The position numbers and the translations under genes are program-made. From positions 94,302,001-94,366,000 of the forward strand of contig OZ024744.1 in assembly GCA_964016885.1 (NCBI GenBank): a stretch of DNA of 64,000 bases, in the 5' to 3' direction. Below are positions 1-12,500 of this stretch, piece after piece; position 1 is the stretch's first letter; every line of letters starts with the position of its first letter. The DNA comes from Eledone cirrhosa (lineage: Eukaryota). The notes below the pieces were generated by a model. The model was not told the DNA's origin, searched no databases, and was given only the letters and a program-made list of their open reading frames with translations.

Positions 1-997
1 TATATATATGTATATATATGTATATATATGTATATATATATATATATATGTATGTATATGTATGTGTGTATGTATATATGTGTATATGTGTATATATATA
101 TGTATACGTGTATATATATATTGTTATACTTGGGGAGGGTCATATTTGTGTAATATTGCCAGAATTAATAACAGAACACACTCACTGTTTGGTTGGTTTT
201 CGCTTCTCGCTGTCTTTTATATCTGTAATCTAGCTTATATGTATATGTGTATATATATGTATATGTGTATATATGTGTGTATATGTGTATATATGTGTAT
301 ATATGTGTATATATATGTATATGTGTATGTGTATATATATGTATATGTGTATATATATATATATGTATGTATGTGTGTATATATATATATGTATCTCATG
401 GTCGGTTCGTTGGCGACTAAACTGGCAACCCCACCAAGGTTTCTTGGTGAGGAGGGTGACTTTGGACATCCTGCAGGACTAAAAACAAAACCTGTCAAAG
501 GGCAAAGGAGCTCTTAAGAGTCAATTGCCATCCAAAATCACCGGGAGAGATGACCCCTTAGCCTTTGTCAAGGCAGAATTCTAGGAGAAGGAAAACTCTG
601 ATATAACACCTGCAACCCTGATGGTATCCAATGATGTTGTCTTGTTCTTCTTTTTGGTAAATATCATCTTGGTTAAGGGAGTGGGACTGGCTTTGTGCAG
701 TGCCTTTGCTCACTATAAAAGCTTCACGGCACAGGCATTGCTTTATATCTGGAGATCTTTCTGCACTTGTCGTTACATGGTACCATGGGCCCAGCACTGT
801 CAATAATTGTCACAGGTGTAGTGTTTGTACCAGAGTTTTCAAGTCGCTGGCTGGACTAAAAAGTCATATTCGTTCAGCGCATCGGTAGGGGTTCTCCTAC
901 ATGGATATAAAGTAGTGGCCGTACTCGAAAACGAGTTGGCAGCCACCATATATATATATATGTATGTATGTGTGTATATATATATATATATATGTAT

Positions 998-1045
<48 letters not shown>

Positions 1046-1357
1046 GTGTATATATATATATGTATGTATGTGTGTATATATATATATGTATGTATGTGTG
1101 TATATATATATATGTATGTATGTGTGTATATATATATATGTATGTGTGTGTGTATATATATATATGTATGTGTGTGTGTATATATATATATGTATGTGTG
1201 TGTGTATATATATATATGTGTGTGTGTATATATATATGTGTGTGTATATATATATATGTGTGTGTGTATATATATATATATATGTATGTGTGTATATATA
1301 TATATATATATGTATATGTGTATATATATATATGTGTGTATATATATATATATGTAT

Positions 1358-1397
<40 letters not shown>

Positions 1398-1447
1398 ATA
1401 TATATATGTGTATATATATATATGTGTGTATATATATATATATGTAT

Positions 1448-1481
<34 letters not shown>

Positions 1482-1514
1482 GTGTATATATATATGTGTG
1501 TATATATATATATA

Positions 1515-1545
<31 letters not shown>

Positions 1546-2110
1546 GTGTATATATATATATATGTATATGTGTGTGTATATATATATATATATATATGTG
1601 TATATATATATATATATGTGTATATATATATATATGTGTATATATATATATATGTATGTATGTGTGTATATATATATATGTGTGTATATATATGTATGTA
1701 TGTGTTTATGTATGTGTATGTGTTTATACATATATATGTATGTGTTTATATATATATACGTATGTGTGTGTATATATTTATATGTATGTATGTCTGTGTG
1801 TGTATATATGTATGTGTGTATATATATATATATGTATACACACTTACATACATATATATATATATACACACACATACATACATTATGGAATACTGTTGGC
1901 TTTTTGCTACAATGTTTTCTATACCTTTCATTTATATATATATATATATGTATGTATGTATGTGTATATATATGTATATATGTATGTGTATATATATGTA
2001 TGAACGTATGTATGTGTATATATATGTATATATGTATGTGTATATATATATGTATGTATGTATATATATATATGTATGTATGTATGTATGTGTATATATA
2101 TATATATATG

Positions 2111-2142
<32 letters not shown>

Positions 2143-2399
2143 TATGTATGTATATATATATGTATGTATATATATATATGTATGTATATATATATATGTA
2201 TGTATATATATATATGTATGTATATATATATATGTATGTATATATATATATGTATGTATATATATATATGTATGTATATATATATATGTATGTATATATA
2301 TATATGTATGTATATATATATATGTATGTATATATATATATGTATGTATATATATATATGTATGTATATATATATATGTATGTATATATATATGTATGT

Positions 2400-2440
<41 letters not shown>

Positions 2441-2513
2441 TATGTATGTATGTATATATATATATGTATATATATATATGTATGTATATATATATATGTA
2501 TATATATATATGT

Positions 2514-2568
<55 letters not shown>

Positions 2569-2703
2569 TATGTATGTATATATATATATGTATGTAAATA
2601 TATATATGTATGTAAATATATATATGTATGTATATATATATATGTATGTATATATATATATGTATGTATATATATATATGTATGTATATATATATATGTA
2701 TGT

Positions 2704-2737
<34 letters not shown>

Positions 2738-3295
2738 GTATATATATGTATGTATGTATATATATGTATGTATGTATATATATGTATGTATGTATATATA
2801 TGTATGTATGTATATATATGTATGTATGTATATATATGTATGTATGTATATATATGTATGTATGTATATGTATGTATGTATGTATATGTATGTATGTATA
2901 TGTATGTATGTATGTATGTATATATATGTATGTATGTATATGTATGTATGTATGTATATATATGTATGTATGTATATATATGTATGTATGTATATATATG
3001 TATGTATGTATATATATGTATGTATGTATATATATGTATGTATGTATATATATGTATATATATGTATGTATGTATGTGTATATATATGTATGTATGTATG
3101 TGTATATATATATATGTATGTATGTGTATATATATATATGTATGTATGTGTATATATATGTATGTGTGTGTGTATATATATATATATATATGTATGTGTG
3201 TATATATATATGTATGTGTGTGTGTATATATATATATATATATGTATGTGTGTATATATATATATATGTATGTGTGTATATATATATATATATAT
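1..3295. repeat. Compound (TA)n/(TG)n/(TATG)n microsatellite block with short unique inserts
   Basis: Directly visible; interrupted at about 122-235, 394-948 and 1880-1930. Confidence 0.97.
394..948 (+). mobile_element. Short non-autonomous RTE-derived retroelement (5' UTR part + 3' end)
   Basis: CTAGGAGAAGGAAAACTCTGA motif (about 581-601), which I recall from RTE 5' regions, plus a terminal C2H2-like peptide [25 protein letters not shown] (ends 888) typical of RTE ORF ends; no RT between them. Confidence 0.6.
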
Positions 3296-4897
3296 GCTTG
3301 TGTCTTGAAGGCGTGTCAACACCAACTTGCATCTCCTCTTGCCAATCTGTGGCGGAACTCACTGGATGCTGGATATGTGCCAGAAAACCTTCTATCCCAG
3401 TCTGTTGTCCCAGTTTTCAAAAAGGGAAACAAATCCCTTGCCGTGAATTACCGTCCAATCTCACTCACCTCTCATATCATTAAGGTATTTGAGAGAGTGG
3501 TGAGATCGCGAATGACCCACTTCCTTGAGAGTAACAATATGCTGAACTCCAACCAGCATGGATTCCGTAATGGAAGGGATTGCCTGACGCAGCTACTGCA
3601 TCACTTTGATGACATTTTAAGAGCCTTGGGAGAGGGTTCCAACACTGATGTTATCTACCTTGATTTCAGCAAGGCCTTTGACAGGGTTGATCATAACATT
3701 CTACTGAGAAAGCTGTCCAATATTGGTGTCACTGGAAAGCTGCTGCAGTGGATCAAGAGCTTCCTGTCAAACAGAACCCAACATGTTGTAGTTGAGGGAG
3801 TCAAATCAAGCCCAGCCAAAGTCAGTAGTGGGGTCCCACAAGGCACTGTGTTGGGCCCACTTCTCTTCATCATCTATATTAATGACATCACTGACATCAT
3901 TAAACACAGCAACATTAAAATTTTCGCTGATGATTCCAAGCTCCAAAAGGTCATCAATGGCGTGGATGACCGGATAAGCCTTCAGTCAGACCTACTGGCT
4001 GTTACCCAATGGGCAGAAAAGAACAACATGTTACTGAACGAAGACAAATTCGAACTGATCCACTTTGGAAAAGAGGATGCTCTGAAACTCCCGTACTCCC
4101 TTCCCTCCGGGGAAACTCTCGTGGCATCTAACAACATCAGAGACTTGGGAGTAACCGTGGACAGCAACATAAGCTGGACCACGCATATAAGCAGCAAAGT
4201 TGACATGGCCCGCAGAATGTGTTCCTGGATCCTCAGAACCTTCCAGTCGAGAGATTCCCGCACCATTATCCTTCTCTTCTCTACTTTTGCCCGACCACAC
4301 CTTGAATACTGTTGTCCACTGTGGTCTCCCCACACGAAACAAAGTATCATGAAACTTGAAGCTCCTCAAAGGGCAATCACGAAAAAGATAGATGGCATGT
4401 CAGACCTTGACTACTGGGGTCGATTAGAAAACCTGAAACTTTACTCACTCCAACGTCGCCGTGAGCGTTATATTATCTGCATGATGTGGAAAATGTTCCA
4501 TCATCACTGCCCAAATGATGTTGGCATCGCCTTCAAGATACACCCAAGGCTTGGGCCCCGTGCTATCCGTCCCATTCAAAAATCTAAATCGCAATTCATA
4601 ACAACAATACGGCACAATTATTTCACCTCAATCGGCCCTGCTCTCTTCAACATCACACCAGGACACGTCAAAACAGAAACTGACCACACAAAATTCAAGA
4701 AGTCTTTGGACAAATTCCTCCAAGTAATCCCGGACAAACCACCCACACCCGGATATGTCTCCACAAACAGTAATTCTCTTCTCGAATGGGCCATGGTGCC
4801 CAAATCCTGAATTGAAAGACTTCGCCAGGTGGTGCTATTAAGTTAGACATGGCCTGGGCCAATACTGGCCAAAACATTTCAAAGTTATTCAAAGTTA
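3296..4897 (+). mobile_element. 5'-truncated non-LTR retrotransposon (CR1/L2/Jockey-group LINE), RT region open 3296-4810
   Basis: [44 protein letters not shown] and SLQRRRERY motifs; about 500 codons with no stop; 3' stem-loop GGCCAatacTGGCC and (TTCAAAGTTA)2 tail; no APE endonuclease. Confidence 0.93.
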
Positions 4898-5368
4898 TAT
4901 ATATATATGTATGTGTGTATATATATATATATGTATGTGTGTGTATATATATATATATGTATGTGTGTATATATATATATATATGTATGTGTGTGTATAT
5001 ATATATATATATGTATGTGTGTGTATATATATATATGTATGTGTGTGTATATATATGTATGTATGTGTGTGTATATATATATATGTATGTATGTGTGTGT
5101 GTGTATATATATATATATATGTGTGTGTGTGTATATATATATATATGTATGTGTGTGTATATATATATATATGTATGTGTGTGTATATATATATATATGT
5201 ATGTGTGTGTATATATATATATATGTATGTGTGTGTATATATATATATGTATGCGTGTGTATATATATATATATATGTATGTATGTATGTGTGTGTATAT
5301 ATATATATATGTATGTGTGTATGTGTGTGTATATATATATATATATGTATGTGTGTATATACATATAT
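4897..5368. repeat. (TA)n/(TG)n microsatellite
   Basis: Directly visible. Confidence 0.95.
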
Positions 5369-5434
5369 TATGTCTCTATGTTTATTATATTTTGCTCTTT
5401 TGTTGGTATTAACTTCCTCCACTTCTTTTGAACG

Positions 5435-5952
5435 TCTCCACCAACACAACCATTATCCTACCTACGGTATCTAACTATTTAACTACTGTCAGTACGTTGT
5501 CGCTCGTCACTATTACCATCCTAATCACTCTAAACTCCACCACTATTGTGACTATTACAACACCAGCTCTAACTATTACCACTACTATCATTATAACCAC
5601 CACCTTATTCTTGACTCCTCTTACTGTAACCTTTTTATTTATTTATTTTATTATCACATCCTATGCAACCACCATGCTTTCTCTTACTCTCTCTCCCTCT
5701 CACTGCTGTCTAACCTTCTCGCCACCGTCGTCTTCACCTTCACTCTTACCACCTCAACCACCATTACCGTCACTTCCACCACCATTACTATCACTATTAC
5801 CACCAACGCCACCAGCACTAACAGTACTATTACCATCACGACCAGTAATACCAACATTACGACTACTATTACCACTACCACCACAATTACCACAACAACT
5901 ACTACTACCATCAACATCACCACCAATGCTGCTGCTGCTGCTGTCGTCGTTG
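5435..5952. repeat. Degenerate trinucleotide (ACC/ACT/ATT) low-complexity tract
   Basis: Runs of ACC, ACT, TAC and GCT. Confidence 0.8.
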
Positions 5953-6163
5953 TTTAGCCCCAGGTCATTTCTGTTTCGGTAGACTTTTAATTAAAGACAT
6001 TCCAGACGTGACCACCCCATATCTCTCCCCTTTATTTTTCTCCCTATGTGGCAGGAACGGAGGAAGACTACAATATCCAACGAGTAGGGTATCTAATTTG
6101 AGATTGAGAAAGATTTGGCTGCTGTTTCTAGCCTGTCTGAGACTATGTAGTCTCGTATTTTAT

Positions 6164-6177
6164 TATACACACACACA

Positions 6178-6209
<32 letters not shown>

Positions 6210-6465
6210 CTCACACAAACACATATATATATACAGACACATCCATATATATATATATATATATATACATATATATATACAAACACATCCATATATACTC
6301 ATATATATATATATACATATATATATATACAGACATATATATATAATATATATATATATATATACATACAGACACATATATATACACTAATATATACTCA
6401 CACACATATATACACACACACATATATATATCCAACTATACAAACAGACACGCACACATACACAC

Positions 6466-6504
<39 letters not shown>

Positions 6505-6506
6505 TG
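6164..6506. repeat. (TA)n/(CA)n microsatellite just upstream of the HECTD1 ATG
   Basis: Directly visible. Confidence 0.95.
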
Positions 6507-6650
6507 TAGAGTTGGTAGTGGTGTCAGTAGAAGCCAGCATTATAGTGGTAGTAACGGTGATAGTAACTAAGGATATATTTATGCATATGTTTTGCAGGCT
6601 GCTACTTCTTCTCTCGTAGTATTGCTGCTGCGTGAGAGAGAGTCAGCAAG

Positions 6651-6793
6651 ATGGCGGATGTCGATCCAGAAACACTTCTGGAATGGCTTCAAATGGGACA
6701 GCAGGGCGACGAAAGGGACATGCAACTTATAGCCCTCGAACAACTATGCATGTTACTACTTATGTCCGATAACGTGGATAGATGTTTCGAAAG
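6651..6793 (+). CDS. HECTD1: HECTD1 coding exon 1
   Basis: CAAGATGG start context; [10 protein letters not shown]...DRCFE; donor AG|GTAAAT, phase 2. Confidence 0.95.
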
Positions 6794-7129
6794 GTAAATA
6801 TCGTTTATTATATATATTTTTTGTTGTTGTTGTTTTTTTTTTGGTAGTATTGTATGTATGTATTATTTATATGTATTTTGTTGTTGTAATTTTATTTTAT
6901 TATTTTAGTTATTTTATTTATTTATTTTTCTTTTTGTCTAAATTTCTTCCCAATTTTGTTTCGTTAACATGACTAAAAAATTTCTTAGACTTCTTTCATG
7001 TATATATATGTATATATATATATGGGCTTTCTTGATGATTTCCTTCGAATGAAACAGTTCTAGTCCTGTAGAAGCCATTTCTATATTAGATGTATGTATG
7101 TATATATATATATATACATGTATATATAT

Positions 7130-7160
<31 letters not shown>

Positions 7161-7182
7161 CGTACATACATGTACATATGTG

Positions 7183-7235
<53 letters not shown>

Positions 7236-7453
7236 TCTAAAAATAAAATTGTTTTTCTTAAATTACTAATTTCAAACTCAAAAACTCATTTTCTTTCTAT
7301 AAAAAAATAGTCTTTAGTGTATATTTTTAACGAATATTTCTAAGATATGTTTTTCTTGAGACTCCAATATATGTATTCTTTAGAGTAAATACTTGTTTAT
7401 TTGTATTAATAAATTGCTTCAGGTGCTATATATACATATACATATATATACAT

Positions 7454-7503
<50 letters not shown>

Positions 7504-7894
7504 CACACACACACACACACAATCTGATTCAAACACTCCACCCATTTTTATAAATGTATATTTATTTCGCCCCCTCCATGTCTATCTATATTAATTACAT
7601 CAGATTCTGTTCTTCACTTCATTTCACTTCCTATAACCATTTTTAATTATCATCGTTTAAGTTATATTTGTATATATGTTGCTGAAGTGTTTCCTCGATA
7701 AAAATCCATATAGAATTTACTTCACTGATTTCTTAATCTTAATAAATAAATAATAATTCTTCTTACTACTACTGTCATCGGGTTTACATAATTTTAAATC
7801 TGTTTATTATTATTTAATATTAACTTATATTAATATATTTATAATGGTACATACATACGGATGACAGGAGGAAGGAAGGGAGCATTGACTCTGT

Positions 7895-7947
<53 letters not shown>

Positions 7948-9501
7948 TTATTACTTAATACCTATCAAATCAACACTCGTTTGTAAGTTGATATAATAAA
8001 TATATTTTGGCCAAATAAATTATTACTATATATTTAGTCCTTTTTTTCTGTTCGAAGCCCCTTCCAAATAATATTACGTCGATTTATTCTCCTTTTTACT
8101 CTAAAGAAGGGAGAAAATAAATAAATCCATTATGCTTAGTCAGAAGAAAGAAATAGTTATTAATACTTGATGAGTAATTCTGTATATCGTGTTTGTTTGA
8201 TTTCTCTTCTCTTCTCTTTTTTTCTTTTCAATACACACATACATAATATATATTTATATAATATACTATACACAAACACACACACACACACATATGTGTG
8301 TGTGTGTGTATACATATATATATATACGTGTGTGTGTGTATATATGTATACTAATTTCTTCATTGTACTGTATTGTTTGTTTTATTTCCATTTACTTTTT
8401 CACACACACACATACACACATATAATATACACATGTATATATATATATCTTGCTTTTTAGAAATGTCAGTTATTCGCTTTATTATGATAAATTTAATAAA
8501 AAATCAACTAAAGAGTAGACAAGTATATTTATATAACATAATATATTTGTCCAGTGTGCTACCTCCCTTTTATTTTATTTTACTTTTCATCTCTAACACT
8601 TCGTTTTAATATTCAACAATGTATTTTAGTATAGACTAAACACACACACACACACATCAGATATATTGAGCAGCTCACTACTAAAGCCGTCGTCTTTTAA
8701 TTTTTTTTTTATTTATTTCATACATACATACATAGTTGATTTATTGTGTTTGACAACTGTACTTTCATTATCTCCCAAACAGATTACAAATGATAATAGT
8801 AATAATGATGATGATAATATATATTATATGAATGGATTCTTTGCCCTACAGTTAAGCTTATGCCGTGTTGCTATCGAAACGGTATAAGCTTAACCGAAGG
8901 ACAAAGAATCCATGTAATATATATACTCTACTTTCCTAAGAATCCATGTAATATATATACTCTACTTTCCTAAGAATCCATGTAATATATATACTCTACT
9001 TTCCTGAAGACTACTAAATTGAACAATGGTCTTACTGGTATTAATTTGTAACATCTCATATATACACTCACACAAACAGAAAGAAAGGCGGTGCCCCCGC
9101 AAGTCCACAATCTAATGACTGAAACCAGTTAAAGAATAAAAAATATATAGTTGAGAACGTTTCGTTTCATAATGAAGTCTACCTACCTACAAACCTTGCT
9201 ATAGTGTTTTCAGTTTTAATGTATTTACTATTTGAATGTTAATGGTAGTTATAATGTTATATTGGGAGTCGTTCAATGATTTGATTTTATTAAACTTAGT
9301 CCCAGTCTTTTCGTTAGTTCAGCTTCTGAAATTCTTATTTCCCCATCCATATCGGACGTTCCCACGATTTTTTTTATTTATTTATTTAAATAAGCAATCC
9401 ATTTCAATAAGATTACCTCATTGTTTCCTCTTGACGTTTCGACATATTTCAAAGCAGTTTGGGTTTGTTTTTATTTGTTTTTGTTGTTTTTAAATATATG
9501 T

Positions 9502-9583
<82 letters not shown>

Positions 9584-12500
9584 CTTACTGGTAATAAGGT
9601 AGTAATGAATTACTGTCCTTTCCTGTTTATAGTTGTATATAGTGTATATATAACTTTAAATATTATTATTATTATTATTATTATATATGTAATTGTATCG
9701 ATATATAAATATATAGATATATAATGTGGGTAATATTAAATATTATCCAATTACAAGTATGAGAATAGCTCAATGTAAAATTACAAATATATTACAGGGC
9801 CGAAATACTGTAATATATGTATATATATGTATGTCTTTTGTATATATATTTTTCCTTCTTGTTTTTCAGTTGTCCACCAAGAACCTTCCTGCCAGCACTT
9901 TGTAAAATTTTTCTTGATGAACGTGCTCCTGATAATGTTCTTGAAGTCACCGCACGTGCCATTACATACTACTTGGATGTGTCAGCGGAATGCACTCGTC
10001 GCATTGTTGCTGTTGAGGGTGCCATCAAGGCACTCTGTAACAGATTGGTTGTGGCTGAAATGTCTTCTCGTACAAGTAGGGATTTAGCGGAACAATGCAT
10101 AAAAGTGAGTAGGATGCAATTGATTGATTGATTGATTGATTATCATATCTAATAATAATAATAATTTAAAAAAAAAAGTCTTGGACGATGAATCTATTAA
10201 TAATGAATGCTTTTATGTTTTGTCACTAATAAATTATGGTTATCGATTATATCTTTTGTGATTGATCGTTACAAGACAACTGATTGAAACAGGGTTATGT
10301 TTTGTGTGTTTACATAATCATTATATATATATATATACATACATCCTGGCGGACACTGCTTGCCTTCTAGCTATCCAGTTAAAGAGAGTATTGCTACATA
10401 ACAGATTTCCATTCATATAAAGGTTGTCGTTAGTGGAAGTATTGAACAGTTGTTAAGAGGGCGAAAAAAGGGGTGTGACGAAAGGATATTTATTAAATTA
10501 CCGAATCCTTTTTACCTGTTGCAGTTAGCAAAGTGTACGTAAGAGATAAGATGAAGCAAAGCAACTTGAAATTATTTTTAATGTTATGTTAAATTTTTCC
10601 AATAAGTGTGCTAAATATTTTATTGATATCATAATCATCATCGTCGACTTTACGTCCGGTTTTCCATTAGCATAAGTTACATGGGCCTTTTCAGCACAAC
10701 ATCCATCCCCCTCCCAGATAATGTTATGTATTTATTTGGAATTTGCTTGTGGTGTTTTTTGAGTGATTTAGATAACTCTGTCAGCTAATGTTTTTTTTTT
10801 TTACTGTTCTGTCTTTAGTCAAGTGATCCTAAATGTTATAGCAATTGTTGTTTGTGGATATTATTTAAATAAAAGGAATATAGGTCGCCAGCTCATCTTC
10901 TATTCAAAATAACTTTGGCAGAGTTGTTATAAACATTGACCAAACGAAGATTTACAAGAACTATGTGCTCAAGAGAGGGGATCAGATTTTATAAACAATT
11001 CTAGTTATAAAATAGAGCATTTACCTAACAATTCTTTCCATGGTTTTATTTCAAAATCCAATACTCCATAGCTCTTTCTTAACCACATTAGGTTTTAAGG
11101 AGCTTATTATTGGTTCATAAAGTAATTTTTTTTCCAAAATATTTTTTTCTCTCCTTCACATTAAAGTATAGACTTATTTTATATAGCACTGAGCGGAGTC
11201 AGGTATACCTAATTAATAATTAATTTTATAGACATAGTGGTGAAGAGGCTTAATTATTTTGGTACCAACCTACACAGAAACTGCTTCTGGTTCTATGAAA
11301 CAAAACCAACCATTTTAAAAGAGTTTCCATTTAGATAATCTTCCAACATAATTTGATACAAGAACTTCATCAATACCATCTTAATAATGAAATAGTTTTA
11401 ATAAATCCTTCCAAATTATTAATTGAAATATGGTTATGAAAGAGTTAATAATTGCTGAACAAAATTAGTTTTGTATTATACACCTAGGACTGTTTGCTTG
11501 TGTGGAAGAAGATACATTCTATTCTATTCTCTTGTCTCCTTCCCCTATAATATTACGAAAGGTTTGAAAATTAGCTTTCTTGTCTGAGAAAGAACAATGG
11601 CAATGTCACCCACTGGAGTTGTGGGACCATACTATACCATCTAAAAATTATGTGGTCAAGTTTTTAAATGGGCAATCTGATTTTCACCAGTTGTAAGTAA
11701 GATGACAGCGGTTTGCAATATGTAAAAAATTAAAGTTTTCAGATCTAAAAAAAAAATGTAATATCTGCAAGAAAGAATTCAAATCGGTCTTAAGATATTA
11801 GTTGGTTTGGAGAGCTGATTCTTGCTTCATTTTGATATCTACTGTGTGAGAGAAATCAGATGTTAGGCCATAACTAATGAAATTTACAGTTGACCTCTGT
11901 CATTCTAACTGGCCTCATACAAGTTAGCATCACATAAGAGATTTCTCAGGTGTTTTAATTATAGAAGCCCTGGTCCTATCATGAAAAGCAATGTGAATTG
12001 AAACGTCTTACTCAAGAACATGTCTTGTTCAATCCAGAAATCAAACCCATGACCCTATCCTAACTACTAAGCCATGCACCTTCACCTATTTGAAGGCAAT
12101 GCATTTAAGTTATTTGAAAATTGAGACTTCTCAATTGAATCTAGGAAATGGCTTGGCTCAGGATGTGCGAAGGAAGTTTAACCCTTTAGCATTGAAACTG
12201 GCTGTATCCAGCCAGAATTCTCTCACCTCTTTCTATTCAAACCGGCTGTAATTGGCCATTCATATTTATGTTAAGGTAGTGTTCTCTAAATAAATATCAA
12301 AATCTCATAGATTCAATGTTATGTGAGATAAAGCCTTTACCATGAAAATACAATAGTATATATAGAGTAATGTAAATGTTAAAGGGTTAAAGACATCAGT
12401 GTGTACTACATGCCTGGTTGATAACCATGACCTTGCATGCACCATATGCTCATGAAAGATTAACAATGGTAAAATGGGCTTTTTTTTGGTTTTTACATTG

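Noticed and set aside
700-888. C2H2 zinc-finger gene
   Set aside because: A single finger right before a stop, inside a short element in a TA array; fits an RTE ORF end better
8-3483. Long Y/I/M/C/V and H/T ORFs on both strands
   Set aside because: Translations of (TA/TG)n microsatellite, which lacks stop codons
968-4810. 1280-aa repeat-RT fusion protein
   Set aside because: Only 3296-4810 is real LINE coding sequence; the upstream part is microsatellite in frame by chance
5428-5982. Thr/Pro/Leu-rich mucin-like ORF
   Set aside because: Degenerate trinucleotide repeat with no splice or homology support
8904-9005. 34-bp repeats of CRISPR-like size
   Set aside because: No spacers; a simple tandem triplication
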